Below are positions 39,401 through 51,400 of a DNA stretch of 64,000 nt, one piece after another; position 1 is the stretch's first letter; each line of letters starts with the position of its first letter. The notes below the pieces were generated by a model. The model was given only the letters and a program-made list of their open reading frames with translations. It ran no database searches and was not told where the DNA came from. The DNA is from a virus: positions 1 through 64,000 of the IMG/VR virus record IMGVR_UViG_3300049491_000350; one strand, given 5' to 3'. The position numbers and the translations under genes were made by a program.

Positions 39401-41186
39401 TACGATTCAATCTCTTTTAGATTTCAACGTAGATAATAACTTCGCAACGACTGCGAAGTACCAGATAAACAAGGGCGATATTATCAGGATATATGATGAT
39501 GGTGATGGAACTTCATTTAACCCTACTGCTACTGACGGGTACATGGACTATCCGATACTCGGAACTAACTATAACGAATCAGTGCAGACACAGATTAACG
39601 TGCAGGCTAATGGCTCAAACATTACATTCAACCCGGAGCAGCAGACCGATGGCAAATCAATCATAATCGGCTATGACAAAAGGCTTGAGAGCTTACGTGA
39701 TAAGTGTGGCTTCTGGATAGAGGTAATAAGGCCAAAGGAAATTTCCGAAAGGGAGATGTATTGTGAAATGTGTGGTATGTACCCTGTTCAGGATGGAGAG
39801 CTTATGGGTGGCATCAGAGAGATAATATTTGACACTTGGGATACATACTACCAGAACAGGTACATCAAGATTAAAGACTGCTCTGGCAAGGCATTCAACC
39901 ATCCGTTTGAAGGGGCATCCATTACCGACTTCTGGGGAGAGAATTGTACCTCTTGCGGCAGGCTGCACACCACAGATGCACAGGCAGAGCAACGCTGGTA
40001 TCCTGACGATGTAATCAAGTCTGACGAGTTTGTTAACGAAGGAAGGGTTAATGGCCTTGCTACATTCAGGGAGCGTAACAGGAAACAATTTAAAGGTCAG
40101 GATTGGGGTGGCATAGTTGCGGCAAAAGCAGCAATGAATATCGTTGCATTCATTTGTCAAAATGATTGGTTCTTGACAGGCTATGACTTGAATTATGTAA
40201 AGTCAACTTCGGATGGAAGGATAATAGCAACAAACCTTGAGAACAATCTTGATAGCCCATATCAAAAAGTGGGAGATAATTACGGTTGCGAATACGAGCA
40301 TACATCATCTATTGTTTACCACGATGGAAAGATATTCTGGGCTGATTCAAAAAACAGGGCGGTTATATTGATGGATTTCAAATCAGCTAATGCAATATCT
40401 GAAATAGACAACTCATCTTATTTCAGTGCCAAGTTCACAACCATCACTAAATACAACAAGAACCTGTCTCCTGCAAACTACAAGAACAGGCTATTTGATT
40501 TGATAGCTGGGATTGACCACGCAAGGAATGAATACTACCTTACATTCAGGAGAAGGAACATTGACAGGCAGATGCCGATAAACTTTGTAAACCTTGAAAG
40601 GAAAATAGCCCTTGACAAAAGTGAAACATTTGTATTTTCTATCAACAACAGCAAATGGACAAGATGGGCTACGATTATCCCAGAATTTTACGGAAGCCTT
40701 AAACACGCTAAGGAAGGCAAACTGATGATTGTATTTAATAACGGAATGGCATGGGGTCATAATCTATTCCCGGCAACATTATTTAATACATTCTTTGGGT
40801 TCAGAGTTCCAGCCATGTGCGTTGTTGTAGAAAGCGACCCGGACAACAAAAACAAAATATACCAGTCTGTCGAGGTTGAATCCAACAGCGTAAGGTGGTA
40901 TGTTGACGAGGTGGTTACGCCAGAGCCTTTCAGCTATTCCTATATCCCTGTAAAATATTTTAAAAAGAAAGAAAATATACAGTACGCATCAGTGCTTAGG
41001 GATATGAGCAGCTATCCAAGCGATGAGGATTTGCGGCTTAACAGGTCAATGCTTTTGGATGGCAAAAGAATGTTTGGCCAATTCGGCAGGTTTAGGTTTT
41101 TAGTGTACATTGATGACGCAGATAAATATTTTGAAGTGGGCGCATTTAATATAAGAAATACTTTCTCTGAAAAAACAGGCAAATAA
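36477..41186 (+). CDS. Tail muzzle/stabilisation protein (P22 gp10-like)
   Basis: 1569 aa; FTD..N..R.IN, QFAY.FIY.DG..TS.SQYS, NGLATF, NYGC....S, FWADSKNRAV, NKIYQSVEVES. Confidence 0.8.
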   Translation: MGQVIKVFKPSYVNTDADAMSLKPVESPFIKDYTVEVNDNGELPSNTGNDVKVGGNMNVGTPLSANIKLCTPELPDGFNKIVGSGEFTETNELYVCFYNSKGKHGVYLIDGNTMRCRKIIFDANLNFSLDPAFAIPAHKMSLRVVYDEQNGELRSIVEKHLIFTDSNNWQRWINVEAAIKTDGFNEVLFPYWKTRLPHFDRAEYIDYITRPPMHCPSVIPVPFSDTDKGKINKLLNESVQFAYDFIYTDGRPTSVSQYSLPFSVTSSSCNPNSANLSRCVDIVLYAGSPMVEKIRLYMRPCGGEWVLYDTIERFSTCGDNDPALIGNEYWKRTGQWADVGYDPVKNTIKYRWCGDKEFQIADKEHLKRLQNDMPIKSIAMTPAGDAILLCNNLYGYENLSCSVTDKIALSTIPDDATAGCKVDMVKITVYSYMGSGDYFHSQAVYKRGAASTSRDFGGFFLDYSRSGTTVNEEFSLNQGAVDYFGMKLNNKDGHILYLAGTPYYAIGKQCIVTAAGVIREFGIPDFNSNEEFNFVKAWVQGGGFFVEKYEFTVPKGKYIARMAGHSSMPDDDYSKTSTWVMGIADSRIRTQGGAIVNFYQAKKSYSKEIEIDATNGNVDLWGTGADLFYIFCPYYFDSGALFNVAGDAERWRFNEGYVNEDNQNKIGVELLRYGNNHGQFFRDGFFTDHNGFFFAFVGRGEARYAEVDFRGTLNCKTTNNVLFSSKNGSSPGGLFSWGADSVYVKYNATIKDNNAGIIGDCNRVLVKGKITDCDGVNGLAGVAVTITRGATAYTGSDGTFELIVHNSYEAIRKDKIYVNAGGECLFYTCDCKAPELYPYDSSLSPCVACNVRNYPTSIDAKFKLVVGRNKALKGGGRYGVGMVAWDLGGRGTFVNRINYVDIPTFLQTNSYAPQKIKASFPASLGLPKGTAYVSFFRTPNLNFRSYLQWVGDGIKFLDTKGDEVTTKGGLIRAKITIQSLLDFNVDNNFATTAKYQINKGDIIRIYDDGDGTSFNPTATDGYMDYPILGTNYNESVQTQINVQANGSNITFNPEQQTDGKSIIIGYDKRLESLRDKCGFWIEVIRPKEISEREMYCEMCGMYPVQDGELMGGIREIIFDTWDTYYQNRYIKIKDCSGKAFNHPFEGASITDFWGENCTSCGRLHTTDAQAEQRWYPDDVIKSDEFVNEGRVNGLATFRERNRKQFKGQDWGGIVAAKAAMNIVAFICQNDWFLTGYDLNYVKSTSDGRIIATNLENNLDSPYQKVGDNYGCEYEHTSSIVYHDGKIFWADSKNRAVILMDFKSANAISEIDNSSYFSAKFTTITKYNKNLSPANYKNRLFDLIAGIDHARNEYYLTFRRRNIDRQMPINFVNLERKIALDKSETFVFSINNSKWTRWATIIPEFYGSLKHAKEGKLMIVFNNGMAWGHNLFPATLFNTFFGFRVPAMCVVVESDPDNKNKIYQSVEVESNSVRWYVDEVVTPEPFSYSYIPVKYFKKKENIQYASVLRDMSSYPSDEDLRLNRSMLLDGKRMFGQFGRFRFLVYIDDADKYFEVGAFNIRNTFSEKTGK

Positions 41187-41188
41187 AA

Positions 41189-41518
41189 ATGGAACTGATA
41201 CTTGAGAACGATATTGCAAGGGTGATAACAGCCACATACTGCGACAGGAAAGACTTGTTCTATTCTGGCAAACTTAGTACGCCAACAAAAATTGACAGGC
41301 TCGTTAAGGCTGCATTGAAGCTGGCAACAGATTGTCAGGTGTATAAGATAGAAGATGCAAGCGTATTTGCTGGGTTTGCTATTGTTGACTTAAATTTGGG
41401 CAGCAAGAAAGCAATAGTAATGCGTAGGGTATTCAAAGACAGGGAGCAGGAGGTGTCGAAGATAATAAGCCAGCTATTGTTAACCATATCAATATCAACT
41501 GATGACGAAGGACTTTAA
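41189..41518 (+). CDS. Hypothetical protein, possible degenerate GNAT fold
   Basis: Pattern similarity to 42641-43096 (Y.I....FAGF). Confidence 0.45.
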   Translation: MELILENDIARVITATYCDRKDLFYSGKLSTPTKIDRLVKAALKLATDCQVYKIEDASVFAGFAIVDLNLGSKKAIVMRRVFKDREQEVSKIISQLLLTISISTDDEGL

Positions 41519-42344
41519 TCTTGAGAACGTACTTGAGGGCAAAACCGGGGATGATTATTCCATCTCTGGCAATATTGTGTCTTACAAAGGCAAGCCCGTA
41601 TGCAGGATGGGGTCAGAGTATTCTGTGTTTAGCTTTGGCAGCAACTTTGAAAACGAAGTGTTTAAGTTAAACGCTTTTGCAGAGGTGCTACCAACACAAG
41701 TAATCGCAGTGCCAGAGCAAATGTTTTCATACCCAGAATCAATTTATGACAATGCTGAAATATGCGGAGACTGCTGGGTTAAAGCGTTTGAAAAATACAG
41801 GGCTGAATCTGCGGCTGGGAATAAGAAATCATTTTACTATCTGGAATGCCTGCTCGATAATTACTTCCTTTTTTACAAAGCATTTAAAATTGCAGTGCCA
41901 GACAAAGCAAGGCAGTTTATAGTAAGCAATAATTTACAGTCAATAAAAGAAAAATGCTTTAGTGTAAACATGGCAAAGCACCAAACATTTATTGAAAAAT
42001 CTCTTGAAGATTGGAGGGTTGGAAAAGGAAGGCCTGTGTTGCCAAACAAGACTGGTAAAGAGTACCTGCGGTTCAATCCTTCCAACAACACATACGAGAG
42101 CCTTACGGGCGTTATAGTTGACAAGGTTATATTTGAATCGCTATACAAAAGGTATCTTGATGGGGAGCGCAAATTAAGTGTGGCGCATACGGTACATGCT
42201 AACAACGAAGCAGGTGAGCTAAAGGCAATAGAATCAGCATCTGATGTCGTGGTATCAGACGATGGCTCTATCACTATTAACTGCATGGTTATATCAAAGG
42301 AGGAAATCATTAACGCAATAAATAACGGAAAGAATGCTAATTGA
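41502..42344 (+). CDS. Hypothetical protein
   Basis: 280 aa operonic ORF. Confidence 0.65.
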   Translation: MTKDFNLENVLEGKTGDDYSISGNIVSYKGKPVCRMGSEYSVFSFGSNFENEVFKLNAFAEVLPTQVIAVPEQMFSYPESIYDNAEICGDCWVKAFEKYRAESAAGNKKSFYYLECLLDNYFLFYKAFKIAVPDKARQFIVSNNLQSIKEKCFSVNMAKHQTFIEKSLEDWRVGKGRPVLPNKTGKEYLRFNPSNNTYESLTGVIVDKVIFESLYKRYLDGERKLSVAHTVHANNEAGELKAIESASDVVVSDDGSITINCMVISKEEIINAINNGKNAN

Positions 42345-42651
42345 CGAAAGGCCGCAGGCTTTAGCCTCGCAACAAATAAGTGTAGGACAGGAGAAGCACC
42401 CTGCTACATATCTTGGCAGTAAAACAATCCCTCCACAATGCAAGTTGTGGGAGTTTAATAAAAAGGCTTTAACGCTTGCGCTTGCTACATTTGAATATTC
42501 AGAAAAGAATATCGAAACAAAAAAGATAAGCAGGAAGCTGATAGTTAAAAAGGATTGCATTTACACCTATGCAATAAACAAGAAGAATGCGGAGCGGAAA
42601 ATAGAAAAAGAGTTATCAAGATTAAAAGCCGTAGCCAACAATGGAGTTTAA
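42334..42651 (+). CDS. Hypothetical basic protein
   Basis: 105 aa; LWEFN...Y.YAINKKNAERK. Confidence 0.6.
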   Translation: MLIDERPQALASQQISVGQEKHPATYLGSKTIPPQCKLWEFNKKALTLALATFEYSEKNIETKKISRKLIVKKDCIYTYAINKKNAERKIEKELSRLKAVANNGV

Positions 42652-43096
42652 AAGGGTTTATGACAGGACACAAATATGGGTCGCACTGCATACGATATAC
42701 AGTGGCGATACCGACTTTGTTCAGAACCTGCATAAAACCAAAAGCAAAAGCGCATACGGCGCAGCTAATGACAGCCTTAATAATATCAGCACAGACACGG
42801 AGTTTTATCTTGCTTATTCTGGCAGGCAGGTGGCTGGCTTTTTTGCTATAAACAAAACGTACCCCATAATGATGTACGTGATAGAAGGGTTTCATGTAAT
42901 ACCAGAATGCAGGGATGCAAAGTTCCTTAGCCAGTATTGGGCAGACGCAAAATTATTGATGGAAGGGAAGCCTACTGGCGTATGTATTTACAGCAAGAAT
43001 GAGACAGCGATTAAACATTTGAAAAAAAACGGGTTTGAAGATATAAGAGAAATGGTGCATGATGGAATTTCTCACGTACTTTTGATTCATTCATAA
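42641..43096 (+). CDS. GNAT-fold protein
   Basis: VAGFF...FHVIPECR...IYSKNETAIKHLKKNGFE. Confidence 0.65.
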   Translation: MEFKRVYDRTQIWVALHTIYSGDTDFVQNLHKTKSKSAYGAANDSLNNISTDTEFYLAYSGRQVAGFFAINKTYPIMMYVIEGFHVIPECRDAKFLSQYWADAKLLMEGKPTGVCIYSKNETAIKHLKKNGFEDIREMVHDGISHVLLIHS

Positions 43097-43107
43097 AATA
43101 TTTTACA

Positions 43108-43899
43108 ATGCCACTAATAGCAAGTGCAGTCATAGGAGGTGTTAGCAGTCTTTTCAAGATTGGCTCTGGTATAGGCCAGCTTAACAAAGCAAACCAGCTT
43201 GAAAAAACCAACAAGCGTCCTGTGTTCAATATACAGGACGAATACTTCAACAACCAAAGCATGTCTCAAAGCATGGCACAGCATGGCCTTACTGACAAGG
43301 CTATGGACTTCTACACCACCGAATCATGGAGAGGGCTTGGCAAAGGCGTTGACAGTACATTACAGGCTGGTGGCGGCATTAATTCCATTCAGGGTATGTA
43401 TGATGATTACCAGCGTGGATTGCAGGAGGTGGCAGCTAAGGATGCTGAACGGCAGACAACCAATATACAGTACCTTATTGAAAGGAACAAGGACTTGGCT
43501 GGCCAGAAAACGCAGAAGTGGGCTATTGATGAATACGAGCCTTATAAAGACAAAGCAAAGGCTGCTGCCGCAGCAAGGGCTGCTGGCAACCAGAACATCT
43601 CCACAGGGCTGTCAGAAGGCATGGGAGTGGCTACATCTATGTTTACAGGAGGGCAGAACGCAGATATGTTTAAGATGGGCGGAGGTGCTGCCGCTTCTGC
43701 TGCTGCACCAGCAGGTGAGCAGGTGGCAACTAATACGACACCGGGCATGATTCAGTATGGTGGGCAGACAGGAACTGGCGGATGGAATACCCTGACCCCA
43801 GAACAGCAGGCTTTAAGGCTGGCTATTGCACAGGGAACTCCTAATTACAAAGACATGGATATTGAAGATTTCTATAAACTTCAATACGGCGACTACTAA
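43108..43899 (+). CDS. Ejection/pilot (internal virion) protein 1
   Basis: Gly/Ala-rich hydrophobic N-terminus MPLIASAVIGGVSSLF, Ala/Gly/Gln-rich, Cys-free; podovirus position. Confidence 0.7.
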   Translation: MPLIASAVIGGVSSLFKIGSGIGQLNKANQLEKTNKRPVFNIQDEYFNNQSMSQSMAQHGLTDKAMDFYTTESWRGLGKGVDSTLQAGGGINSIQGMYDDYQRGLQEVAAKDAERQTTNIQYLIERNKDLAGQKTQKWAIDEYEPYKDKAKAAAAARAAGNQNISTGLSEGMGVATSMFTGGQNADMFKMGGGAAASAAAPAGEQVATNTTPGMIQYGGQTGTGGWNTLTPEQQALRLAIAQGTPNYKDMDIEDFYKLQYGDY

Positions 43900-43921
43900 C
43901 AAATAAAACCATTTTATTTAT

Positions 43922-45424
43922 ATGGCAAACGAACCATCATTAGGCGAAATAACCGGCATCAAGGGAGATGCCGATTTGGCTTATGGCACTGCTGGTGTCG
44001 GCGGTACTGACGTTGTGTTCAATTGGAACAAAGGCATTGACCTTTTAAACAACGCTACACTGGCCAAGCAACAGAATGACAGGTGGAAGTATGAGCAGTT
44101 CCAGAAGAACCTTGCTGATAACTTTAAAGGGTTTAATGACCTTGATGTTAATGGCGTGATGGAAAAAGATTACGACAAAATCATTGATGACTACAAAGGC
44201 CTTGCAGGCGAAATGGCTGAAAATATCGGAGTGCTAAGAAACCCTGCCAGCAACCCGGAGTTATATGCTGACCTCAAAAGAAAAGAGGCGGAGCTTCGTG
44301 GTAAAATATCACAATCAAAACAGGATTTGTCGTACAGGACACAGCACAAGAATTTCCTTATGGCTCATCCTGATTTCAATACCGACTTTAATAAGGGTGC
44401 AATAAGTTCTTTTGAGAATGCGCCTTTGGGTGAAAGGCAATTGTTTACGTTTGACACTCCTTATGTATTCGATGTTAACGAGCCTATTAAGCTGGCTACG
44501 TCTGTTGCCATGCAGAAAAGCAAAGAGGAGGCTGTTAAGCGTGGCATTGCCCCGGACAAGACAGAGGAGTGGCTTACAACAGCAGAAGGGGTGGAATACA
44601 ACAGGCAGGCATTTAAGGATGCGTACAAAGAGTATATCAATAACCAGAGAGACCGTTCCAATTCTGGAAAGACATTGCGTGATGTGGCAATGACTACATG
44701 GGATAAATTGCCAGCAAATTTGAAAGGGAATAATTTTGACGAATGGGTAGATAATGTCGCAGGCAAATTCATTCCTCAAAACAATTATTTCAATTCTATG
44801 GAGGAATCCAAATATGGATTGCAGGATGAGGAGCTTGATATGAAATGGAAGATTGCTAAACTTAACGATGGAACTGAAAGGTATAAAGCGAACCTTCCGC
44901 ATAAATACGAGGAGAAGCAGCTTGATGCGCTTGGCAGGTCGTACAATGAAGCATTGACTTCGGCATTTACCACAGGCGGCGTTAATGTTGGATACCTGAA
45001 TAATATCTATGGAGACGATTCAGAAGTTTCTGTGAAGGCAGGAACTGAAATACCAGACCTTAACAACCCTCTTGCTAAGACAACAACATCTGTTGAGACG
45101 AAAGTTCCAAAGAGAATTATAACAGGAAGCAGCAGGGATAAAGATGGAAACCTTGTTGTTGATTACCTTGATTACTCAAGCGGCAAACCCGAAGCTGGTA
45201 AAATCATCAGGAATAAAGAGCAGGGCAGGGTTGATTTTTATAGCCTCGGTGGAAAAAAATATGCAACTACGGTAGAGGACAGGGCTTCTAAATGGAGGAA
45301 ACAAAAAGGCTTTAAAGAAGGAAGCCCGGATACTGACGAGATGAACAAATTCTTTAAGTTTTCAGACCAAGCAAAAGGCAAGTATGTATATGCGAAGGGT
45401 GTCCTTACTTATGTAACCGAATAA
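43922..45424 (+). CDS. Ejection (internal virion) protein 2
   Basis: 500 aa, helical, Cys-free, between the pilot and giant proteins. Confidence 0.6.
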   Translation: MANEPSLGEITGIKGDADLAYGTAGVGGTDVVFNWNKGIDLLNNATLAKQQNDRWKYEQFQKNLADNFKGFNDLDVNGVMEKDYDKIIDDYKGLAGEMAENIGVLRNPASNPELYADLKRKEAELRGKISQSKQDLSYRTQHKNFLMAHPDFNTDFNKGAISSFENAPLGERQLFTFDTPYVFDVNEPIKLATSVAMQKSKEEAVKRGIAPDKTEEWLTTAEGVEYNRQAFKDAYKEYINNQRDRSNSGKTLRDVAMTTWDKLPANLKGNNFDEWVDNVAGKFIPQNNYFNSMEESKYGLQDEELDMKWKIAKLNDGTERYKANLPHKYEEKQLDALGRSYNEALTSAFTTGGVNVGYLNNIYGDDSEVSVKAGTEIPDLNNPLAKTTTSVETKVPKRIITGSSRDKDGNLVVDYLDYSSGKPEAGKIIRNKEQGRVDFYSLGGKKYATTVEDRASKWRKQKGFKEGSPDTDEMNKFFKFSDQAKGKYVYAKGVLTYVTE

Positions 45425-45448
45425 TAAAACTGCATTATAAAATATTTT

Positions 45449-48400
45449 ATGGACGAGAAATTACAAAGCATATACGACTTTATGAAAAGTCAGGGAGTTG
45501 AAGGGCTTCCTGAATTTCAACAGTTCAAAACTGACTTTGCTGCTAACCCGGAGACACAGAGAAGCACCCTTGATTTTATGAAATCAAAAGGGGTTGAAGG
45601 GTTGCCTGATATAGGCCAGTTCTCTAATGACATCGGCGTAAAAAAAAAAGATGGTGGCACAGATTTATCAAATGGGGATTCTATGGAGGGTACTCAAAAG
45701 GATACTGCTACATCGGGGTCAGAAGAATCAGGAAGTAATACCTTTGATTTTTACAAGGCTATTGACCCGATGGGTTTTATGAGAGGAGGGCTTGAGCTTG
45801 ATTACGATGGCGTGAAAATACCTGTTACATCTTTTGATATACCACAGCCACCTGACAGCCGACCATACCCTGAAAGGCTTGGGCAATTCGATACAGGCGA
45901 ATACAACAAAGCATTTGTTGGCGAAATACAAAACTACCTTACGGATGATAAGTACATAGGTTCTCCTGAAAGGCAAAAAGCGCAGGAATATGTACAAAAC
46001 ATCAGATTGAAAAATGCGTACAGGAATGACGCATTTTCTTTTAGCGATGTGAGCATGGCGGAAGCGCAGCGTTTTGCAGACAGGTACGGAGTGGAGCTTG
46101 GCACTGAACTTAACGGCGATTACTTTCAGAAAGTAAAAGCGTTAAAGGATAAGGTGAACGCAGATACAAAAGAGCAATACACAGAGCATCGTGTTCAAGG
46201 TAGAAGCGATTTGCCTTATGAGGTGTTTAATGACAATGGATATAAAAACGATGCAGATAACAATACGATAAACAATTTATTTGAAAGGCTTTCTTCTAAG
46301 ATGGCTGACAGGGGAACTGCTGACGATGCGAAAGATGTGGTGGTGCAGTATGCAGACCAGCGCACAATATTTGAAAAGGGCATGGATTACGCAAGCCCGG
46401 TTTATGGTGCTGCCAGTTCTGCCGTAAACAACGCTTTGCTTTTTGGCTCAAAGAAAATAGATGCAAATTTCATAACAGGGTTGAACCAGCGAAAACTTGC
46501 AGACCCTGTTGAGTATGCAAGGATTGCAAAACAGATTGCTAACGGAGAGCCAGTTGCTTCCAATGATTACTTCCGGCTTACTAATGTAGGCTTGTCAATA
46601 AACAATTCTGATAACCTTGAAGGCCTTTCAACCGGGAAGCAAACTATTGAAGATTTCATCTCCAACCACAGGGGCATCATGCAGCAATCTTCCGACCTGC
46701 TCTTAAATACAAAAGATGTATTGAAGTCTGCTATTGCTGATGAGCTTGGCAGCAGGCTTGATGAAAAGGCAGAGAAGGAATCATTGCTTGGCAACAATGT
46801 AACAGGGTCGTATATGTACAGCGATGAAGAAATCAATGCGGCATTGCCAGCCGCACTTCAATCTATTGGCGTAAACAAGGATGACCCAAGAGTGGTTGAT
46901 GCTATCAATTCAATCAAAGGAGACGAAGGATGGATGGTTGGCATGAATGGCGTTAAAAAGGGTGGGCTTGTACGTGAGCTATTTAAAGGTGCGGCACAAC
47001 CTTTCAGGGGCATCGCTGCATGGGGCGATTCTTTTGGAAAGCCATTATCGCAGGAATACAACGAAGCCAAGAACCAGCAGTTAAGCACATATACGGAGCA
47101 ACGGCCTGAATCAATGAAAGGAACAGTGCTTAATACATTGAGTGATGCGGTATATGGGTTAGGGCAGTTTGCATCGCAGGCAGGCCTTGCTTATGCAGGC
47201 GGCGAAATTGTTGGTGGCATTGGAGCTTTGGCAGGTGGTGTTGGCGAAGCTGGTGCTGCCGCAGCTACCGAAACTGCTGCCGCCAGAGGCGCATTGTCCG
47301 GGCTTGATGCTGCGGCAGAATCTATTGCCGCAGATGCAGTATCTGCTGGGAGCAAGATTGGAAACTACCTCCTGCGTAACCGTGAGGCTATATCAACATT
47401 TGCAACAGGCTATCTTCAATCATACGACAGCAACCTTAAAACAACTTTACAGATGACAGAAGATGATGCTTCTGCAAAGTTGGGGGCGCAGTTCCTTGCT
47501 GCAATGGAGGGAGCAAGCGAATTGATTTTACCTGATGTTAAATTAGGCCGTGAAATAATAGGCGGTTTCAAAAAGGAAGCGATACCCGGACTTCTAAAAA
47601 ACATTTCTGAAAATATTTTAAAAAAGGGAGTAGATAAAAATGCTTGGGCTAAAGTTGGTGAATATGCAGGCAAAAGATTATTGAGTGCAGCAGCCACTAC
47701 CGGGCAGGAAATTGCGGAGGAAGAAATTACGCAGCTTGCAAATTATGCAACTAACGTTGTGCTTAACCCTAAGCAGGCAGGCAACCGTGATTTAGGGGAT
47801 GAATTATTTAAGACTGCTGTATCAACGGCGGTATCCATGTCTATACCAGCATTCCTCCGTAGCGGCGGTGGCAACCATAATACAGGGCTTGATAATAATA
47901 AAGCTGCTCTTGTCCTTGCTTCTGCAAACCTGACAACCATTCAGGATTACATAAACACTGCCGTTAGTAAAGGCATGATGAACCCGGATGAGGCTTCTGC
48001 TAAAATGCAAATAGTTAACACGGCTCATTCTATTGCTTCTCAAATGCCAGCAAATAAGAATGACGGAACTAAAATGAATATAACTGAACGGGCAGAATAT
48101 TTATACAGCAGGACAAAGGAGGCTGCTCTTGCAGATGCAATAACCAAAACTACTGATGATGTTTTAAAAGAAAGGTACAAGAAGGAAATAGCCGAGGAAC
48201 AGGCTTTAAGAAAAGGCCTTATTGAGAAAACAGAAACAAGGTTTGATGGCAAATACCTTTCTGATAAAGAGCGCAATATTTTTGTCAATAAGCAATCAGA
48301 GCTTGCACGGATTGATACACGGCTGGCTGAAAACCCGGATGATAAAACACTGGTGCGCCAGCGCAATTCTTTGCGTTCCGATATTTACCGCATACGTGAT

Positions 48401-51400
48401 GGCAATTACTTCGGCGCAGTAAATAATATATCAAGGCGTATGGGTGTCCAGTACAATGGCATGGAGAGGGATGAGTACAACCGGGTAGTAGAACCTGCGG
48501 CTAATAATGCTGGCAGGTTTTCAACGTTCAATATAAAAGATGGCGATGAAATTGTTTTGCCAAACAATGAGAAGATGACTGTCGTTAGCGCAGATGAAAA
48601 CAGGATAGTAATGGATGATGGCTCTGGCAAAAACGATTTGATTTTTGACGGCAAATCAGAATTTGAAAATGTTTTTATACCTACCTTTTTTTCTGGCAAC
48701 AAACAGTTTGCCCAGCTTAACCCAACTATACATGCACAGGCTGTACAGTTCAGGAAGAAACTGCTTAATGAGCCTAACGCTGACGTACATAATATTGCTG
48801 TTAATTATGTACGGAACAATGGCATTGCCAACGATATTGATACAAGGCCAGTTACTTCCCTTAACGAAAAAGAATCTGCGGATAGAGCCAAAAGATTTGA
48901 GCAGGTTGTACATGCGCCAAAGGAGAAGGCTACAATAGATTCATACGAAGCCCTTAAAAAAGAAACGCTTGCACAATGGAATGCGATTACGGATGCAGGT
49001 TATAACCTTGAGCTATGGAGTGGCAAGGGAGAGCCTTATTCTTCTTCTAAGGCAATGACCGATGACGTTAGGGAGAATAAACATTTATGGATACTGCCTA
49101 CACTGAATGAGTTTGGCAGCAATGAAGATTTTGATGCCAGCGAAAACCCATTGCTTGAAAAGACAGGCATGGTTGCCAGTGGCATGGAGCTTACTTATAA
49201 CGATGTGTTCCGGGGCGTACATGATTTCTTTGGCCATGCCCATATTGGAAACCAGTTTGGTGCTATTGGTGAGGAGAACGCATGGAGGTCTCACTCTCAA
49301 ATGTATTCCCCTCTGGCAAGGAAAGCTATGACGATGGAGACCCGGATGCAAAACTCATGGGTGAATTTCAGTGGAGAGAATGTTGCAGCATTGAACTTGT
49401 TCAAAGAAGCTGCAACGCTGGAAAAACAGTCAAAGGATAAGAGCGGCAATATTATTGACCGTGATAAATATGAGCAGTCTATTGCGCTTAAAAAGGAAGC
49501 ACAGTTGAAATTTAAGTTTGCAGACCAGAAGGTAGCTGTGGCATCCGATGAAGATGTGCAGATGAGAGGTGCTTACGATAATGTACAGGAAGGGCTTGAC
49601 CAGCCATCAAGTATAACCCAATACAAGAAAGGTGAAACTGTTTCACTTGCAGACTTACAAAACGAGTGGCCTGTAACTAACGAAGGGATGGTTGATATGT
49701 TCCAGTGGGGCAAGTCTCAAGATGTACAGATTGGATTCCGGGCAATGCGCCAGACCGATGGCATTGCCTTTTACAATCCTTTAAGCGATGAGATATACTT
49801 CAACGTTAGCCATCCTGAATTTAAGAGCCTGACAGTTGCAGATACACAGGAGTTCTTGGCACATGAGCTTATCCATAAAGCTGCCCACTATTCTTTTGAA
49901 AACAACCCGGAGCTTGCTGGTGAGTTCAATAAGGATGCAGGCAAGGTGATTGCCTTCTTGAAGCAGCAGGATATAACCAAACTTGATGCCACCACACAGA
50001 AGTACATCTCGTTCATGCTTGAAGATAACGCAGACCCACAAGAGCTTATCACGTATGGTATGACTAATCCTTATATAGCGCAATGGTTTGCATCTCTTGA
50101 ATACAATGCCAGCGAACAGGGGCAAAAAAGCGGTAGCGTATGGCAGTGGATGAAAGAAAAAATATTACGCTTTGTAAGCAATATAGTTAAAGGTAAAAGC
50201 GTTTTAGATGAGACAGCCAGACTGCTTGATAAATATGTGAAGTTTGGGCTTCAAACAAGAATGAGTGAACGTGAACAATTGCATAGCCAGATATTAGAAC
50301 AGTTGAATAACTCAACTGTTCCCGACACTATGAAGATTGGCATTCGCAGTGCGCCAGCAGAAGATGTAATCAATTTCATTTACGAACAGGCTACCAATAC
50401 TACTAACGCAGATGGGCAATTGTATAGCGGCAGGGAAGCTCTTGAGCAGCAGTTTGGAAAGGAACTTGTTGATAGGGTAGTTGATTATAAGCAGCGTGAA
50501 ATATCTGCACCACTGGCTGCTAACAAACCTCTGGAAGGCAAACCTGAAAGGCTCGACAATGAAAGCGCATTTGATTATGCCAAGAGGGTACGTGAATGGT
50601 ACAACAAAGCAAGGCAGGACAAAGAGCTTGATTCAAAAGACAGGCGCAAGGCGCAGGTTGAATCCATAGAGGAACGTGATTACCTTGCCCACATACGGGA
50701 TGGGGTAGCCCTGTTGAAAATCAATGCAGGCATAAGCATAGAAGATTTCAACAAGCAATTGAATATCCCTGCGGATAATCTTGAGACCTATATAGCATCG
50801 CTGCAACAGTTGACAGAAGATAAAGAGGATGCTGCTGCAAACAAAAATGCGAAGGCTGTACTTGATGCTTTGCGCCAGCAATACCCGGAGAGGGTAACTA
50901 TGACAGAGGTAGAGCTTCTCCGTAAGCAATACAATGCCTACAACAATGGATACCGCAAGGCAATGAATACTGCCAGAAAAAACCTGTCTAAGGCTACCAA
51001 AGAGTTCAACGAAAATTATAAACTGCTAAAGGCATACAAGAATGCAGAGCGGCAGCAGATGGCTGCTGACCTTAAAGGTAAATCTGCGGCTGAAAGAAAC
51101 GAGTTGATAAAAAAGAAAAATGAGGAACGCAGGCAAAAAGTCTTAGCTCTTAAAGATAAGATGGAGCAGGCGAAGAAAGATTATGAGCAGAAGGTTGCTG
51201 ACATCAAAGACAGGAATAAATACTTCCGAGATAAGGTTGCTGATATTCTTACTGACCTGTACAAGTCTGGCGCACTGAAAGGAGTAACATTCACTGAACA
51301 AGAATTATTGCAACTTGCCGCTACTGCTGGCAACGTATATACGAACAAGACATTTAAAAAACTGCAACAGGTAATAGACAAGCTGATAAACAAAGCTGAC

